A DNA stretch of 34,635 nucleotides, from IMG/VR virus record IMGVR_UViG_3300006065_000009, positions 1 through 34,635 of that record, one strand, 5' to 3'. Source of the DNA: a virus. Lineage: Duplodnaviria; Caudoviricetes. The position numbers and the translations under genes were made by a program. Shown here in pieces: positions 8,418-18,786 of this stretch. The notes beneath the pieces are model-generated. The model was not told the DNA's origin, did no database searches, and saw only the letters and a program-made list of their open reading frames with translations. Numbering within the stretch: position 1 is the first letter of the stretch; each line of letters starts with the position of its first letter.

Positions 8418-9933
8418 GAAATTCTTAATGAGGCGTTATGATTTAACTGGGGGAATGGATTCAAGTACAAACCCCTTTTTAATGAGCGATAGTAAGTATG
8501 CCTATCTGCTCAATGTTAACCACGACGAACAGGGTTCTTTTAGCAAGGACGGTGGCTATACTAAGTTTCTAGACGAAATAGGAACGGGGGTTGTTGACGA
8601 TATGGTATTTGACTACATTAATTATAGTGGAACACACCTAACACTAAAAGCTACTGGTGGCAATTTGTATAAAAGGGCCGGTACTATATGGTCTAAGGTT
8701 GGCGATGGCGTTTTTGAGCCGGGAAACAAAATAAGTGCAGTAAACTATCAAAGCAATGTTTACATGGCAGAGAAAGATACTAATGTAATGTATTACAATG
8801 GAACCACCGTACAAAGTATTTCTGGAGACAATGGTGGTGCAAACGTTAGGGGAAACTATTTAACCACCCTAGGCTCGGTTATGTTCCTAGGGCACCTTAC
8901 CCAGGTTTATGGTACTAACCAAGTTGTTTATACGATGCCAGGCACCCATGTTTTTTATAATGTGAACGCAGAGGGGGCCAATACATATGCAACTACCTCT
9001 CAAATATTATCTGTTATAGGAGAGATAACCGGACTTAAGGCGTTCCAAGGAACCCTTCTTATTTTCACGGAAAATAACGTGTGGGTTTGGAACCCAGAAA
9101 TATTAGCAGAACCTAAAATACTTGCAGATACAGGTTGTGTGGCACATGATACAATAAAGGAAGTAGATGGAGTTCTTTATTGGACGGGAAGAGAAGGAGT
9201 GTATAGGTTTACCGGAAACAGTATGCCAACATTGATTTCTCTACCAATTACCAACTGGGCAACAAATTCTATATGGAGGCTTATTAGTGGGACCAACTGG
9301 AGCAAAATGAGTGCGGGAGTATTAGACGGTAAGTATATGCTGTGGATAGGAGACTTAACCTCAACGCTACCCGGAGATACTTCAGTGCTTAAAGATGTGG
9401 TAGTTGTATATGATACATACCGAGACTCGTGGAGCTTCTATGATAACCACCCGGTAAGACAATGGTCTACTATTTTAGACGAGAATGGGAATAAAAAGAT
9501 TATTTTTGCCAACAACTCAAGTGGCCAGACGTATATAAGGGGGTATGAGTACGAACATGACGGAGATGCCGTTGTGTCTGTTATTAGAACTAAGTACTTT
9601 GACTTTGACAATCCTGAGAGTGAAAAAACTCTTAACAACCTCTTTGTTAGCTACAGGCCAGAGAATAAAACAAACAAGTATTTAGATGTTTCCGTAGCAA
9701 AAAACGGTAGTAATAATTATATAACCGTTTTAGACAGCACCAGCAGTACAAGGCTTCCACTGACAGGGGAGACTACATTAGAATACCAGTCTGAGTGGGT
9801 TTCACTGGGAGGGCTTAGGGCAAGAACAGTATCCTACGAATTTAAAAATGCAGACAAAGGGGTTAATGTGACACTACTTGGGTTTTCTCAAGAGTTTATG
9901 TATTTATTACCTAATATAAATTACACAGTGTAA
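8407..9933 (+). CDS. Putative tail nozzle/DNA stabilisation protein (P22 gp10 / T7 gp12-like beta-propeller)
   Basis: 508 aa beta-rich; GEITGLK...LLIFTEN...TGCVAHDTI...VVYD...WS...IRTKYFDF pattern of podoviral stabilisation proteins. Confidence 0.7.
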   Translation: MRDKKFLMRRYDLTGGMDSSTNPFLMSDSKYAYLLNVNHDEQGSFSKDGGYTKFLDEIGTGVVDDMVFDYINYSGTHLTLKATGGNLYKRAGTIWSKVGDGVFEPGNKISAVNYQSNVYMAEKDTNVMYYNGTTVQSISGDNGGANVRGNYLTTLGSVMFLGHLTQVYGTNQVVYTMPGTHVFYNVNAEGANTYATTSQILSVIGEITGLKAFQGTLLIFTENNVWVWNPEILAEPKILADTGCVAHDTIKEVDGVLYWTGREGVYRFTGNSMPTLISLPITNWATNSIWRLISGTNWSKMSAGVLDGKYMLWIGDLTSTLPGDTSVLKDVVVVYDTYRDSWSFYDNHPVRQWSTILDENGNKKIIFANNSSGQTYIRGYEYEHDGDAVVSVIRTKYFDFDNPESEKTLNNLFVSYRPENKTNKYLDVSVAKNGSNNYITVLDSTSSTRLPLTGETTLEYQSEWVSLGGLRARTVSYEFKNADKGVNVTLLGFSQEFMYLLPNINYTV

Positions 9934-10151
9934 TGCAAAGTGGAATATATGACGCAAGGGGGAAATTAATAGCGACTACAATAGGCAAAATAGAGGAGCC
10001 TCAGGTTCCCATAAGCAGTACGCTTACAGAAACTCCAGGTGGAGTTATAACAAACATTATTGGTAATGTTCAGACGCTTGGTAATTACGGGGGTAATATT
10101 ATTATTAGAGATAGTGTTGGAAACATAGCTGTGTTTATAGGAATACCATAA
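9933..10151 (+). CDS. Hypothetical tail-region protein
   Basis: TAATG coupling at both ends. Confidence 0.6.
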   Translation: MQSGIYDARGKLIATTIGKIEEPQVPISSTLTETPGGVITNIIGNVQTLGNYGGNIIIRDSVGNIAVFIGIP

Positions 10152-10591
10152 TGGAGAGGGGAGTTATAAAAACTGCACGACCAAAGAGAAGTACTAATAT
10201 TTCAAGTACTAGATTCTTAACCATTGACTCTACTAAAAACCAACTAAAAGAGTTTTCTTCTGGGGCCGGGGTAACAAGTATAACCAAGCCAGACTTCTAT
10301 GAAGAGGGGAGAACAATAGTAGAAATAGAACACAACCTAGGCTACCAGCCCTTTGTACATGCATGGTTTAGGGTCGTAGGACAAGAAGACTGGAGGAAGA
10401 TGCTGGGGTTTACAGTAGTAGACCTTGGGGATGGCTCTTCTATTTATCTTTCTGGGGCTATTGGTAGGCCGAACAACGATATTCTTCAGCTATGTTTTTG
10501 GACAGAGTTTTTTGGACCAGAAGTAACGCTGGATATAGAATATGGATATACAATTTATTTAGACCCTTATAGAGATGCTTGGAGCACTTAG
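10151..10591 (+). CDS. Putative tail protein
   Basis: IEHNLGYQPF motif common in phage tail/fibre domains. Confidence 0.6.
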   Translation: MERGVIKTARPKRSTNISSTRFLTIDSTKNQLKEFSSGAGVTSITKPDFYEEGRTIVEIEHNLGYQPFVHAWFRVVGQEDWRKMLGFTVVDLGDGSSIYLSGAIGRPNNDILQLCFWTEFFGPEVTLDIEYGYTIYLDPYRDAWST

Positions 10592-11789
10592 TGTTAAAAT
10601 ACCCAGACCCCGTTATGATGCGCTAACTGCGAGTCCGCTTAACATGTCTTTTAGTAGCGATTATAAACTTGACAAAATAGCCAGAGTAATAATTAGAGAG
10701 GGAGAGTCTATTGTTAACGTAGAGCACGGACTTCCATACGTACCCAAGGCCTTTTCCCTCCTTGAATTTAGCCCTGGAAAATATACACACATAGGTGGAC
10801 TTTCCATAAATAGTAGTACGGTTGCACTAGCAGGGGCTTCTACAGGGGCTAAAGAGTCGGCCCTTATAATGATAGACCCTTTGACTGAGGGGTACTTTAA
10901 GAAAGACATGAAAGGTAAACCCTCTGTTTTAATTGGAGATGGCAATCCTGGTGACCACAATTATAAAGTACATAATGGATATGATACGTTTAAGGTTTTT
11001 AAGACAGGAACACTCACCATAAACGCGGGGCTTTTTGACCCGGGTAAAACGACTGGTGGAACACAGATACTAACAGAAACTTTCAATCACGGCCTTGGAT
11101 ATGTTCCCCTTTTTGGGCCTTTTCTTGGTGAGGTTTGGTGGGAATTTTACTTATCTACAACCAGGTCTTTTAAAGAAAGGCACACTTGGTCTGGAAGTTC
11201 TGTTGTATATTACACTGCGGACACCGTTGAGCACTCAAGTAACAACTACGGGTACAGATGTATAAAAACACACACGTCTTCTTCAGTTTCAGAGCCTGGA
11301 ACGGGAGCTTCGTGGGAAACATACTGGGAGATTAATGTTCCCACAAACCCTTGGCAGCCAGGAGTTTCTTATACCGTAGGAGACCCTATACAGGCAGCAA
11401 CTGGAGAACCACACCCTTATAGGTGTATTTTAAGCCACACTTCGAGTTCAAGTAGTGAACCAGGAGTTGGAGGAAGCTGGGGAACCTATTGGGTTAGGTC
11501 TCCGCGGGGATATGGAATAAAAGACATATACTTTAATGAGCTTGAAGATGATAAGTTTTCCGGAATAGGAGGTTTTGAACCTGCAAACTTGGCCATTATT
11601 AGGCTTTACGCAACAACAACCCAAATAGTTTTAGAGTTGGAAAGGCGTTGTGCCCCTGAAGAAATTATTCCAATGTACCCCCCAATAGTTATTTCTGAGT
11701 ATATGCCCTACCATTCGCTAAACGTTACTGTAGACTATACCATTTTTTATAACAGGGTTGATGAGGAGTTTAATTTGTTGACAAGTTAG
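10575..11789 (+). CDS. Putative tail fibre/receptor-binding protein with two CBM5/12-like carbohydrate-binding modules
   Basis: HGLPYVP and HGLGYVP motifs; two W...Y...D.V/I...YRCI..HTS...EPG.G.SW.TYW repeats. Confidence 0.7.
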   Translation: MLGALSVKIPRPRYDALTASPLNMSFSSDYKLDKIARVIIREGESIVNVEHGLPYVPKAFSLLEFSPGKYTHIGGLSINSSTVALAGASTGAKESALIMIDPLTEGYFKKDMKGKPSVLIGDGNPGDHNYKVHNGYDTFKVFKTGTLTINAGLFDPGKTTGGTQILTETFNHGLGYVPLFGPFLGEVWWEFYLSTTRSFKERHTWSGSSVVYYTADTVEHSSNNYGYRCIKTHTSSSVSEPGTGASWETYWEINVPTNPWQPGVSYTVGDPIQAATGEPHPYRCILSHTSSSSSEPGVGGSWGTYWVRSPRGYGIKDIYFNELEDDKFSGIGGFEPANLAIIRLYATTTQIVLELERRCAPEEIIPMYPPIVISEYMPYHSLNVTVDYTIFYNRVDEEFNLLTS

Positions 11790-11806
11790 GCTATGGGATA
11801 TATATT
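11778..11806 (+). promoter_or_regulatory. Sigma70-type promoter
   Basis: TTGACA-17 nt-TATATT upstream of ATG 11834. Confidence 0.55.
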
Positions 11807-11833
11807 ATTTAATATAAGCTGGCTGATAAGACA

Positions 11834-12577
11834 ATGACATTTTTAGAACTAATAAACGATTTTGGTTCCACTATAAATCAAACGGACGGTAGTGGAGATT
11901 TTGTTTCTAGCTTTGTGACTACCACAGAGGCTAAAAGATGGCTTAACCAGTCCTACCAAGAAGTCTACAAATGGTATGCACTTGCTAATAGGGGAAGATT
12001 TTCAACCACGGGTTACGCAGACACCGTAGGTGGAAGGGCAATTTACCTTTTTGGTGGGGATGCAGTAGACCTCCTAGCCCTGGAGTCAGTGGGGATAAGA
12101 TACTCAGAAAGTGACGTTGAGTATAGGAGGGTGGAAAAGAAAAATAAGGCCGATGCCTATGATACGGGTTTTGAAAAATGGGGGAAAACCAAACCAATAT
12201 ACTTTGAGAGGCAGATTAAAAATACGGCAACTGACAAGTATCAGCTGTCAATTGAATTCCCCGAGGCTTGTATACCAGATGAAAGCGTAGAAAAGGGATT
12301 GCAGATTTTATATATAGAAAGACCCCCAAAAATGGTTGAAGACGAGGACGAACCACAAAAACTACCCGACGAACTACACCAGTATATTGTACTAGGGGCT
12401 TCTGTTAAGGGCTTTAGAAAAATGGGAGAGTTTGAAAAAGCAGAGAGTATGACGGGTTGGTTTGACAGGGCAATTACCAGTCTATTAGCACAAGAACAAA
12501 GTCTTTCTTCGGAAAGAACAAAAAGAATTAAAATGCCAAAAAGAGACGTATCTAATTTTTATAGATATGACAGATGA
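11834..12577 (+). CDS. Putative head-tail adaptor (tail tubular protein A-like)
   Basis: MTFLELIN...WLNQSYQEV...P.PD...LQILY...P.LPDELHQYIVLGA pattern of podoviral adaptors. Confidence 0.7.
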   Translation: MTFLELINDFGSTINQTDGSGDFVSSFVTTTEAKRWLNQSYQEVYKWYALANRGRFSTTGYADTVGGRAIYLFGGDAVDLLALESVGIRYSESDVEYRRVEKKNKADAYDTGFEKWGKTKPIYFERQIKNTATDKYQLSIEFPEACIPDESVEKGLQILYIERPPKMVEDEDEPQKLPDELHQYIVLGASVKGFRKMGEFEKAESMTGWFDRAITSLLAQEQSLSSERTKRIKMPKRDVSNFYRYDR

Positions 12578-13341
12578 CATACGTTGTAAAACCTGGAGAT
12601 ACACTTGCGGGAATTCTAAAGAAACTAGGAGTTAGTAGCTATTCAAGTCCTGCAACATGGGCGTTGGTACGAACCAAGTCTGGAAATCCAGGTAAAATAT
12701 ACTCTGGAGAAACACTAGATTTATCTAGGGTTCTGGGTACAAGTGGCAGTTCTACTACGGCAGCAGCAACCCCAGCGCCAGAAACAGAGTCCGAGAGATT
12801 AGCAAGGCTGGCTGCAGAAAAGATACAGCGAAAAGACGCATTTCACAATAGGTTTGGAACCCTTGAACAGAACATGCCATTAGCAGCACTACAACAGTTT
12901 GCAGAACAACAAGTAAACCCAGAGGCGTTTAGAATGGCAAACGAGCAAATGAGAAACATTGATTGGAGAAGAGCTATTTCTGGAAGTGGTGCACAAATGA
13001 GCGGGTATGGTACTATGGAGAGAAGCTCAGCACTAGACCAATTAGAAAGGCAGAGAAAAGAAATGGTAGACCGGTTTGTAAATTCACAAAAGGATTTGTT
13101 TAGTGACTGGTACCGTGCAGAGCTTAATAATTACATGACAAGTGCAGACCCAAGTAATTACCAGTTGAACTTAGGTGGTTTGGGAGGTGAGTTTGCAAAA
13201 CTAGGATGGACAAACAATCCGTCTCAACCACAGAACCAGTATTCTTACAACCCAATCGATATGAGAGATTACTTTAAAAACCGGGGTGTTAGTGGGTACC
13301 AAGCGGCGCCCCTTAACAACCTTTGGGGTACTATAACTTAA
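12574..13341 (+). CDS. LysM-domain protein, putative internal virion/ejection protein
   Basis: N-terminal YVVKPGDTLAGI...NPGKIYSGETL (LysM). Confidence 0.7.
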   Translation: MTYVVKPGDTLAGILKKLGVSSYSSPATWALVRTKSGNPGKIYSGETLDLSRVLGTSGSSTTAAATPAPETESERLARLAAEKIQRKDAFHNRFGTLEQNMPLAALQQFAEQQVNPEAFRMANEQMRNIDWRRAISGSGAQMSGYGTMERSSALDQLERQRKEMVDRFVNSQKDLFSDWYRAELNNYMTSADPSNYQLNLGGLGGEFAKLGWTNNPSQPQNQYSYNPIDMRDYFKNRGVSGYQAAPLNNLWGTIT

Positions 13342-13353
13342 TAAACAATTAAT

Positions 13354-14109
13354 ATGGATATAGAGCAAAACCTAAGAGCATACGAAAGTGATATAGCCCC
13401 AGAGGCGACTATACGTAAGATAATTACAGATGCTTACGGTAGTTTAAAGCCTGAACTAGAAACTATTCACAAGTATGAAACAGAACAAATGCCAACCTTT
13501 TACGATGCCTTTAGTGGGTATGGTATGGGTACGGGTGCAGCTGACATGAGCCCATTGGCTAGGCTACAAAGTGCCAGCGAGGACGTTGCAAGAAAGAGTG
13601 CACTAGCCAGAACGGCAAGGGACGTATTTGGCGTTAACAAGGCGAGTATGGAAGACTTGATAGGGCAATCCTACAGACAGTGGCAGAGTGGTTATCAGGG
13701 TGCACAAAACGCATGGCAAAGACAAATGGCAGAGAAACAATTAGCAGCTCAAAAGGCAGCAACTGCTGCAGCAAATCGAAGGATTAATATCCCTCAGTCT
13801 CCTGGACTTAATATTCAACCTGTTGTTTCGGGTGTTAAAGATTTCTTAGATAGCAAGGTAGGGGGAGATGGAAAAGTATCTCCAAATACTTTTCAGACAG
13901 CAATGAATATGTTTAATAACCAATTAAAGGCCTTGAATATAGCTCCAGTATCAACCCAAGTATTCGCAAATGCTTTCCAAGACTATATTGACCCTACACA
14001 CGGGTGGAATTACATAGGCATGAGTAGGCCAGAAAACTTTCAGGTAACACCTTATTCACGAGACTACCTGCTAAAGCAGACACTGAGTGGTTATGGCAGT
14101 TGGAAATAA
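13354..14109 (+). CDS. Putative internal virion (ejection) protein
   Basis: Ala/Gln-rich helical protein in the position of podoviral ejection genes. Confidence 0.55.
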   Translation: MDIEQNLRAYESDIAPEATIRKIITDAYGSLKPELETIHKYETEQMPTFYDAFSGYGMGTGAADMSPLARLQSASEDVARKSALARTARDVFGVNKASMEDLIGQSYRQWQSGYQGAQNAWQRQMAEKQLAAQKAATAAANRRINIPQSPGLNIQPVVSGVKDFLDSKVGGDGKVSPNTFQTAMNMFNNQLKALNIAPVSTQVFANAFQDYIDPTHGWNYIGMSRPENFQVTPYSRDYLLKQTLSGYGSWK

Positions 14110-14127
14110 CTTTTAAAACAAATTTAA

Positions 14128-14916
14128 ATGGACGACATGAAAAGACTAGAAATACTACAAGGGGCCTTGCAGCCAATGCAGGGTAGTAGTATGGGTATTG
14201 GAGGAATGGGTGGTGGCATGATGGGCGGCATGGGAGGATACAACCCTATGTCTGCATATAATGACTACCTCACTTCTTGGATAACAGCTAACCCAGACAA
14301 CCCACAAATATGGAAGATGGTAATGGAGCAACTTATGCAGTCCCAAAACCCTTACGCTCAATGGCAGATGCAAAACGAAATGGGCAACCAGAATACACAG
14401 AGGATGTTTGACATGATGGAAATGGCCAATATGCTTATCCAGAGTGGAGACCCAATCTTAAAACAAAGGGGTATCGAAATGCAAAGGTCTGTAGCAGGCA
14501 GTATGAGTGGATACGGAGCACAGCCAACAAGTTCGGACCCATTCGCAAGCATGGCAAAAAGTGGGTATTCAAGTCAAATGGAGCAAGCTGCAATATCAGG
14601 AGACTACGAAGAGTATAGTAGGTTAAAAAAATTAAGTGAACTTTCAGATAAGGATTTCATGAGGTATTCCCAGAAGCCAACAGCCGGTGAAAGGTTTCAG
14701 AATGTTAACCAATACGGAGGTATACCGGGGTATGCACTAGCAGGTGCAGGTACAGGAGCCGCAGTGGGTGCAGGGCTTGGAAGTGTAGTCCCAGGGATTG
14801 GAACAGTAATTGGAGGTATCGGAGGTGGGGCAATCGGGGCAGGAGCAGGTACGATAGCGGCACTGTTAAAGATGTTTGAGGATGAAAAAATTAAAATGGG
14901 CAGAGTAGGCTATTAA
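14128..14916 (+). CDS. Putative ejection protein with glycine-zipper membrane segment
   Basis: Met/Gly/Gln-rich; GAGTGAAVGAGLGSVVPGIGTVIGGIGGGAIG. Confidence 0.6.
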   Translation: MDDMKRLEILQGALQPMQGSSMGIGGMGGGMMGGMGGYNPMSAYNDYLTSWITANPDNPQIWKMVMEQLMQSQNPYAQWQMQNEMGNQNTQRMFDMMEMANMLIQSGDPILKQRGIEMQRSVAGSMSGYGAQPTSSDPFASMAKSGYSSQMEQAAISGDYEEYSRLKKLSELSDKDFMRYSQKPTAGERFQNVNQYGGIPGYALAGAGTGAAVGAGLGSVVPGIGTVIGGIGGGAIGAGAGTIAALLKMFEDEKIKMGRVGY

Positions 14917-14918
14917 TA

Positions 14919-17900
14919 ATGGCAAGAAGAACCTCCCGAACTTCAAGGGTATCTTCTACAGGTGACTCAGAATTACTGTTAGAGCTCTTAAAGGAGAAGT
15001 ACGGGAAACAAACACAACCTAAGGCGAGTGCCTTGCAGAGAATTTTCGCACCATTAACGGCTGTGAGTTCTGTTCCTGACGCTATTTACGATGCCATTTA
15101 CGAAAAGGGTAGTATTGCACACGCTCCGGTAGAGTATGGTAAGAACCTTTTACAAGGACTTGGCACTACGTTTTTAGGTAAAGAGCCAGAGGAAATGCAA
15201 AAAGTTTCTGACATCCTAAATAAACAAGGGTATCTCACAGGGCAAGACAAGGCAAGCAAGGTTGTGCGCTCTGGTATTAACTTCGCCGGGGACGTAGCGC
15301 TCAACCCATTAACATATATTGGGTTTGGTCCTATGAAACTAGCGGGTGACGTTGCTAGGAAGTCTCTTACTTCAACGGTGGGAACACATCTTGGAAGGAG
15401 TGGTAAAGAATTAGTAAGTACAGTAGACAAACTAGAACCACTAATAACAGGAAAGACAGTAAACGAAGCAATCCCAATAGTTGAAAATGCACTGGGCCCA
15501 GGTAGCGGAGAATTGTTCTATAACTCTTTAACTGCAGCAGGAGCCAAAATGAGCCAGGCTGGGAGTTTAAAATTTCTTGGCCAAACAGTATCAAGTAGCC
15601 CAAAGGTGGCAGAAGCAGTTAAAATGGGTATAAACCCACTGTATGCAGTCACAAAAGGGGGTGGTGCACTGGCAGAAAAGATAGCACCAGACGCAACCAA
15701 AGCGGTAAAGGCGTCGTTTTATGATATATTTGACCCATTAAAAGCCGCAGGAATGAGTGGTAAAGAACCAGTAGCTCTTGAGGCTATTAAGAGAATGCGA
15801 AAAGAGGGAGCAGTTGGTCATAGGGCAAACGTACTTACTGCAGAGCTAAGAAATCTTACTAAAGACTTTAGTGAGGAAGGCTATGCAAAAACGCCTTACT
15901 TACTAGAGGAGTTAGACAAGGTTGGACTAACGGACCAAGCAGGGAAAACCCTGCAAGAGTCTGAGGTATTAAAACGGCTAGGCGTTGGTAGTCTAAACAA
16001 GGCAGAGAAAACGTTTATTACTAAGTATAGAAATCTTCAGGACCTCATTGCTAAAAACCTAAGGGACGCTGGTGGCCTAGAAAAGAAGATAGCTGGTACA
16101 TACATAATGCACGACGTTAAAGGTCTAAACCCCAGTGCAGTTGGTGGGAATATACAAAAGGACGCCCTCCAAGAGCTTAGTGAACAAATGACACCAGAAC
16201 GGTTTGATATTCTGATGAAGGACAAGAATGTACTTAAAGACCTAGAGAAATTTGGGTATATTAAGAGCGATACAATACAGAAGCACTTAAAGGGTCTTGA
16301 TGTTTTAGCCGGCGGAGAAAAGGGTCTGATGGGTTTTTCTACAGAACCAAACGCACAGAGGAAATTTAAGAGTCTCCTTGAAGGAGAGGCTGGGGGGGTA
16401 GTTTATGAAACCGACATAAACAACATATTAAGGAAACAAACGGAGGGACAGTTAAGGGAATTAAATGACTTAGAATTTAGTAAGGTACTAGAGAACCTAA
16501 CAGACCCTTCTGGTAATAAGTTCTTCGTTGACAAGGCAGGCGCTCAGTATAAAGAGAGTGTTAAACTTCCAGGGACTGCAAAGCATGTGTATACAGACAG
16601 CCAGACTAAAAGAGTATTAGAAAATTACTTTGGAACCTTTGGTTCTAAGAGTGGACTAGACAAAGCGCTTAGTGGTTTTGACAAGGTCATGGGGTTTTGG
16701 AAGGGATTAGTTACTGGTAGGGGACCTGGGTTAATTAGGTACCACACAAGAAACCATATTGATGACAACATTAGGATGATACTAGATGGTGCTGACATGG
16801 TAAAACTACCAGAAGATTATGGTTATGCACAGGAGGTACTATCGCTTAATAAGGATGCTGCAAACATTGGACTTGATAAGGCTATGGAAAAATATGCAGG
16901 CGGTAAGACAGATGAGTATTTAAAGGAGATTGGATATAAGGGAGGAATAAAACAGTTCTGGAACGAAATACTGGATAATGGGACACTGGGGGACGTAGGT
17001 AGGAGTGCAGAAGAGGCGGGCCAGAAGTATATTACAACCGAAATGGGAGGTCTAGACAAGGCTTTGACTCTTGGTGGTAAGACACCAGAGTTTGAGCAGT
17101 TAAGAAGAGTCGCTTATTACATAAACAGGTTAAGAAAAGATAGCCCTGTAGAGGCGGCAGAAGCAGTTAGAAGAACACTCTTTAACTATAACGAGTTAAC
17201 TAAAACAGAAAGAGAAGTATTTAAAAGGGTCATGCCATTCTACTCTTTTGTAAAGAACAACATAGAGTTTCAATTGGATACTATGTTCAATCAGCCTGGT
17301 AGATATTCTAAGTTTATCAACCTACTAGACTCGGTTAAGAATGGTTTTATAGGGCCTGACAAAGAGGAGTGGAAGACTATGCCTGACTGGTTAAGAAAAG
17401 ATAGGTACTCCATGCCAGTTGGGGAAGAGGACGGAAAATTAAAGGTTTTAAGTGGGCTTGGATTATCCTTTGAAGAGCTAGGAGAACTAGACCCGCAGGG
17501 ACTAATAAGCAAGTCTAATCCGTTTCTAAAACTACTACTTGAACAGGCAACAGGACAGAGTACTTTTATGAGGAGGCCTATTGAAGAGCTAAGGGGTGGA
17601 GAGAGATATGAAACACACCCATTAAGGGGTCTCCTTGGGTACACAGAACAGGAAAGAGGTGGAAGAACACAGAAGACTGTAGACCCACAGAAAAGGTACA
17701 TGGCAGAGAACCTACCATTTCTCTCTAGTATAAACACACTACTCTCCCAAATGGGAAGGGTTGGTGGACCGTTAGTAGATAAAGATATTTCAAAGGGTAG
17801 GTCTTTAGAGGGAGCTTTTGAATTAGCTTCTCCTGCAAAGTTTTACGAAATGGACGTAGAGCTTAGTAAGAAAGGAAGAGAGGTAGACGACCTTGACGAA

Positions 17901-17999
17901 TTATACAAACTCCTGTACCGTAAGGGTATATCGGACAGGTTTAGTAAGTATTATATACCCGCCGAAATAAGGGATAGACTGTTAAAAGAATTAAAATAA
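14919..17999 (+). CDS. Large internal virion/DNA ejection protein (LPD38-like C-terminus)
   Basis: 1026 aa helical; EAAEAVRRTLFNYNELT..ER...KRVMPFYSF and NPFLKLLLEQATG motifs of large polyvalent-type virion proteins. Confidence 0.7.
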   Translation: MARRTSRTSRVSSTGDSELLLELLKEKYGKQTQPKASALQRIFAPLTAVSSVPDAIYDAIYEKGSIAHAPVEYGKNLLQGLGTTFLGKEPEEMQKVSDILNKQGYLTGQDKASKVVRSGINFAGDVALNPLTYIGFGPMKLAGDVARKSLTSTVGTHLGRSGKELVSTVDKLEPLITGKTVNEAIPIVENALGPGSGELFYNSLTAAGAKMSQAGSLKFLGQTVSSSPKVAEAVKMGINPLYAVTKGGGALAEKIAPDATKAVKASFYDIFDPLKAAGMSGKEPVALEAIKRMRKEGAVGHRANVLTAELRNLTKDFSEEGYAKTPYLLEELDKVGLTDQAGKTLQESEVLKRLGVGSLNKAEKTFITKYRNLQDLIAKNLRDAGGLEKKIAGTYIMHDVKGLNPSAVGGNIQKDALQELSEQMTPERFDILMKDKNVLKDLEKFGYIKSDTIQKHLKGLDVLAGGEKGLMGFSTEPNAQRKFKSLLEGEAGGVVYETDINNILRKQTEGQLRELNDLEFSKVLENLTDPSGNKFFVDKAGAQYKESVKLPGTAKHVYTDSQTKRVLENYFGTFGSKSGLDKALSGFDKVMGFWKGLVTGRGPGLIRYHTRNHIDDNIRMILDGADMVKLPEDYGYAQEVLSLNKDAANIGLDKAMEKYAGGKTDEYLKEIGYKGGIKQFWNEILDNGTLGDVGRSAEEAGQKYITTEMGGLDKALTLGGKTPEFEQLRRVAYYINRLRKDSPVEAAEAVRRTLFNYNELTKTEREVFKRVMPFYSFVKNNIEFQLDTMFNQPGRYSKFINLLDSVKNGFIGPDKEEWKTMPDWLRKDRYSMPVGEEDGKLKVLSGLGLSFEELGELDPQGLISKSNPFLKLLLEQATGQSTFMRRPIEELRGGERYETHPLRGLLGYTEQERGGRTQKTVDPQKRYMAENLPFLSSINTLLSQMGRVGGPLVDKDISKGRSLEGAFELASPAKFYEMDVELSKKGREVDDLDELYKLLYRKGISDRFSKYYIPAEIRDRLLKELK

Positions 18000-18012
18000 T
18001 TTTACATACAAA

Positions 18013-18369
18013 ATGGAAAACCTAAGACAGATTTTAGAACTACTTAAAAGGGCTATCCCGCAGAGCGGTTATAACCCAAATGAGGGAATGGAATGGAGCT
18101 ATATGGGTGGGGGTACAAACCCCATCTTAGACGCACTTCTAAAAGGAACTTCTTTTGAGAGGCGTGCACAGCCAAACAACCCATTTGAAATATACGGAGT
18201 AGACAGAGGCTACCCATTAGGAAATATGCTAGGTCAAGACGAACTTAATTATCGAGAAATGTCCAAATATAATCCTTATGTAGCGGATAAGTGGAGGAGT
18301 GGAGGCATATCTTTATGGGATGCCCAGCAAATACTTAATAATGGTAACGTAAGGGGATGGATGAAGTAA
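18013..18369 (+). CDS. Hypothetical protein
   Basis: 118-aa ORF in operon. Confidence 0.55.
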   Translation: MENLRQILELLKRAIPQSGYNPNEGMEWSYMGGGTNPILDALLKGTSFERRAQPNNPFEIYGVDRGYPLGNMLGQDELNYREMSKYNPYVADKWRSGGISLWDAQQILNNGNVRGWMK

Positions 18370-18389
18370 GACTCCGAAAGGAGCTTAGT

Positions 18390-18527
18390 ATGGTTGTGAA
18401 AGAAAACGATAGGTTAAGGCTTATGTTGGAACGGGAGAAAAGGAAAAACAGGAGGGATGTTATAGAAGAAACAGACATCTTTATACTAATAGAACTTATA
18501 CTAGAAAGAATTAAAAAGAATAAATAA
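18390..18527 (+). CDS. Small hypothetical protein (45 aa)
   Basis: MVVKENDRLRLML...IKKNK; AAGGAG upstream; fills the gap and ends 1 nt before the next ATG. Confidence 0.5.
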   Translation: MVVKENDRLRLMLEREKRKNRRDVIEETDIFILIELILERIKKNK

Positions 18528-18528
18528 C

Positions 18529-18786
18529 ATGGATATAAATACTGCCAGAAAATTGACTAGCATACAAAAAGACATAAAAGAAATATGTAAAGACCAGGCG
18601 GAAATGAAACAAGAGATTAGGGACTTAAAAGCGGCTTTTATAAACAACGACAAGTTTAAAAATCTTGAGGACAGGGTGGATAACCTAAAGGCTATTGTAG
18701 AAGAGGAAAGAGATTTTCGTAGGAAGATAGTAATAGCAATAGTCCTTGCAGTACTAGGGGCAGGATTGTCTTTAGTTTTAATATGA
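18529..18786 (+). CDS. Coiled-coil protein with C-terminal TM helix (XhlA/holin-like)
   Basis: Coiled coil followed by IVIAIVLAVLGAGLSLVLI, upstream of the endolysin. Confidence 0.55.
   Translation: MDINTARKLTSIQKDIKEICKDQAEMKQEIRDLKAAFINNDKFKNLEDRVDNLKAIVEEERDFRRKIVIAIVLAVLGAGLSLVLI

Noticed and set aside
15098-17737. Several minus-strand ORFs within the 1026-aa gene, and similar shadows elsewhere
   Set aside because: Fully overlap longer, motif-bearing genes on the opposite strand
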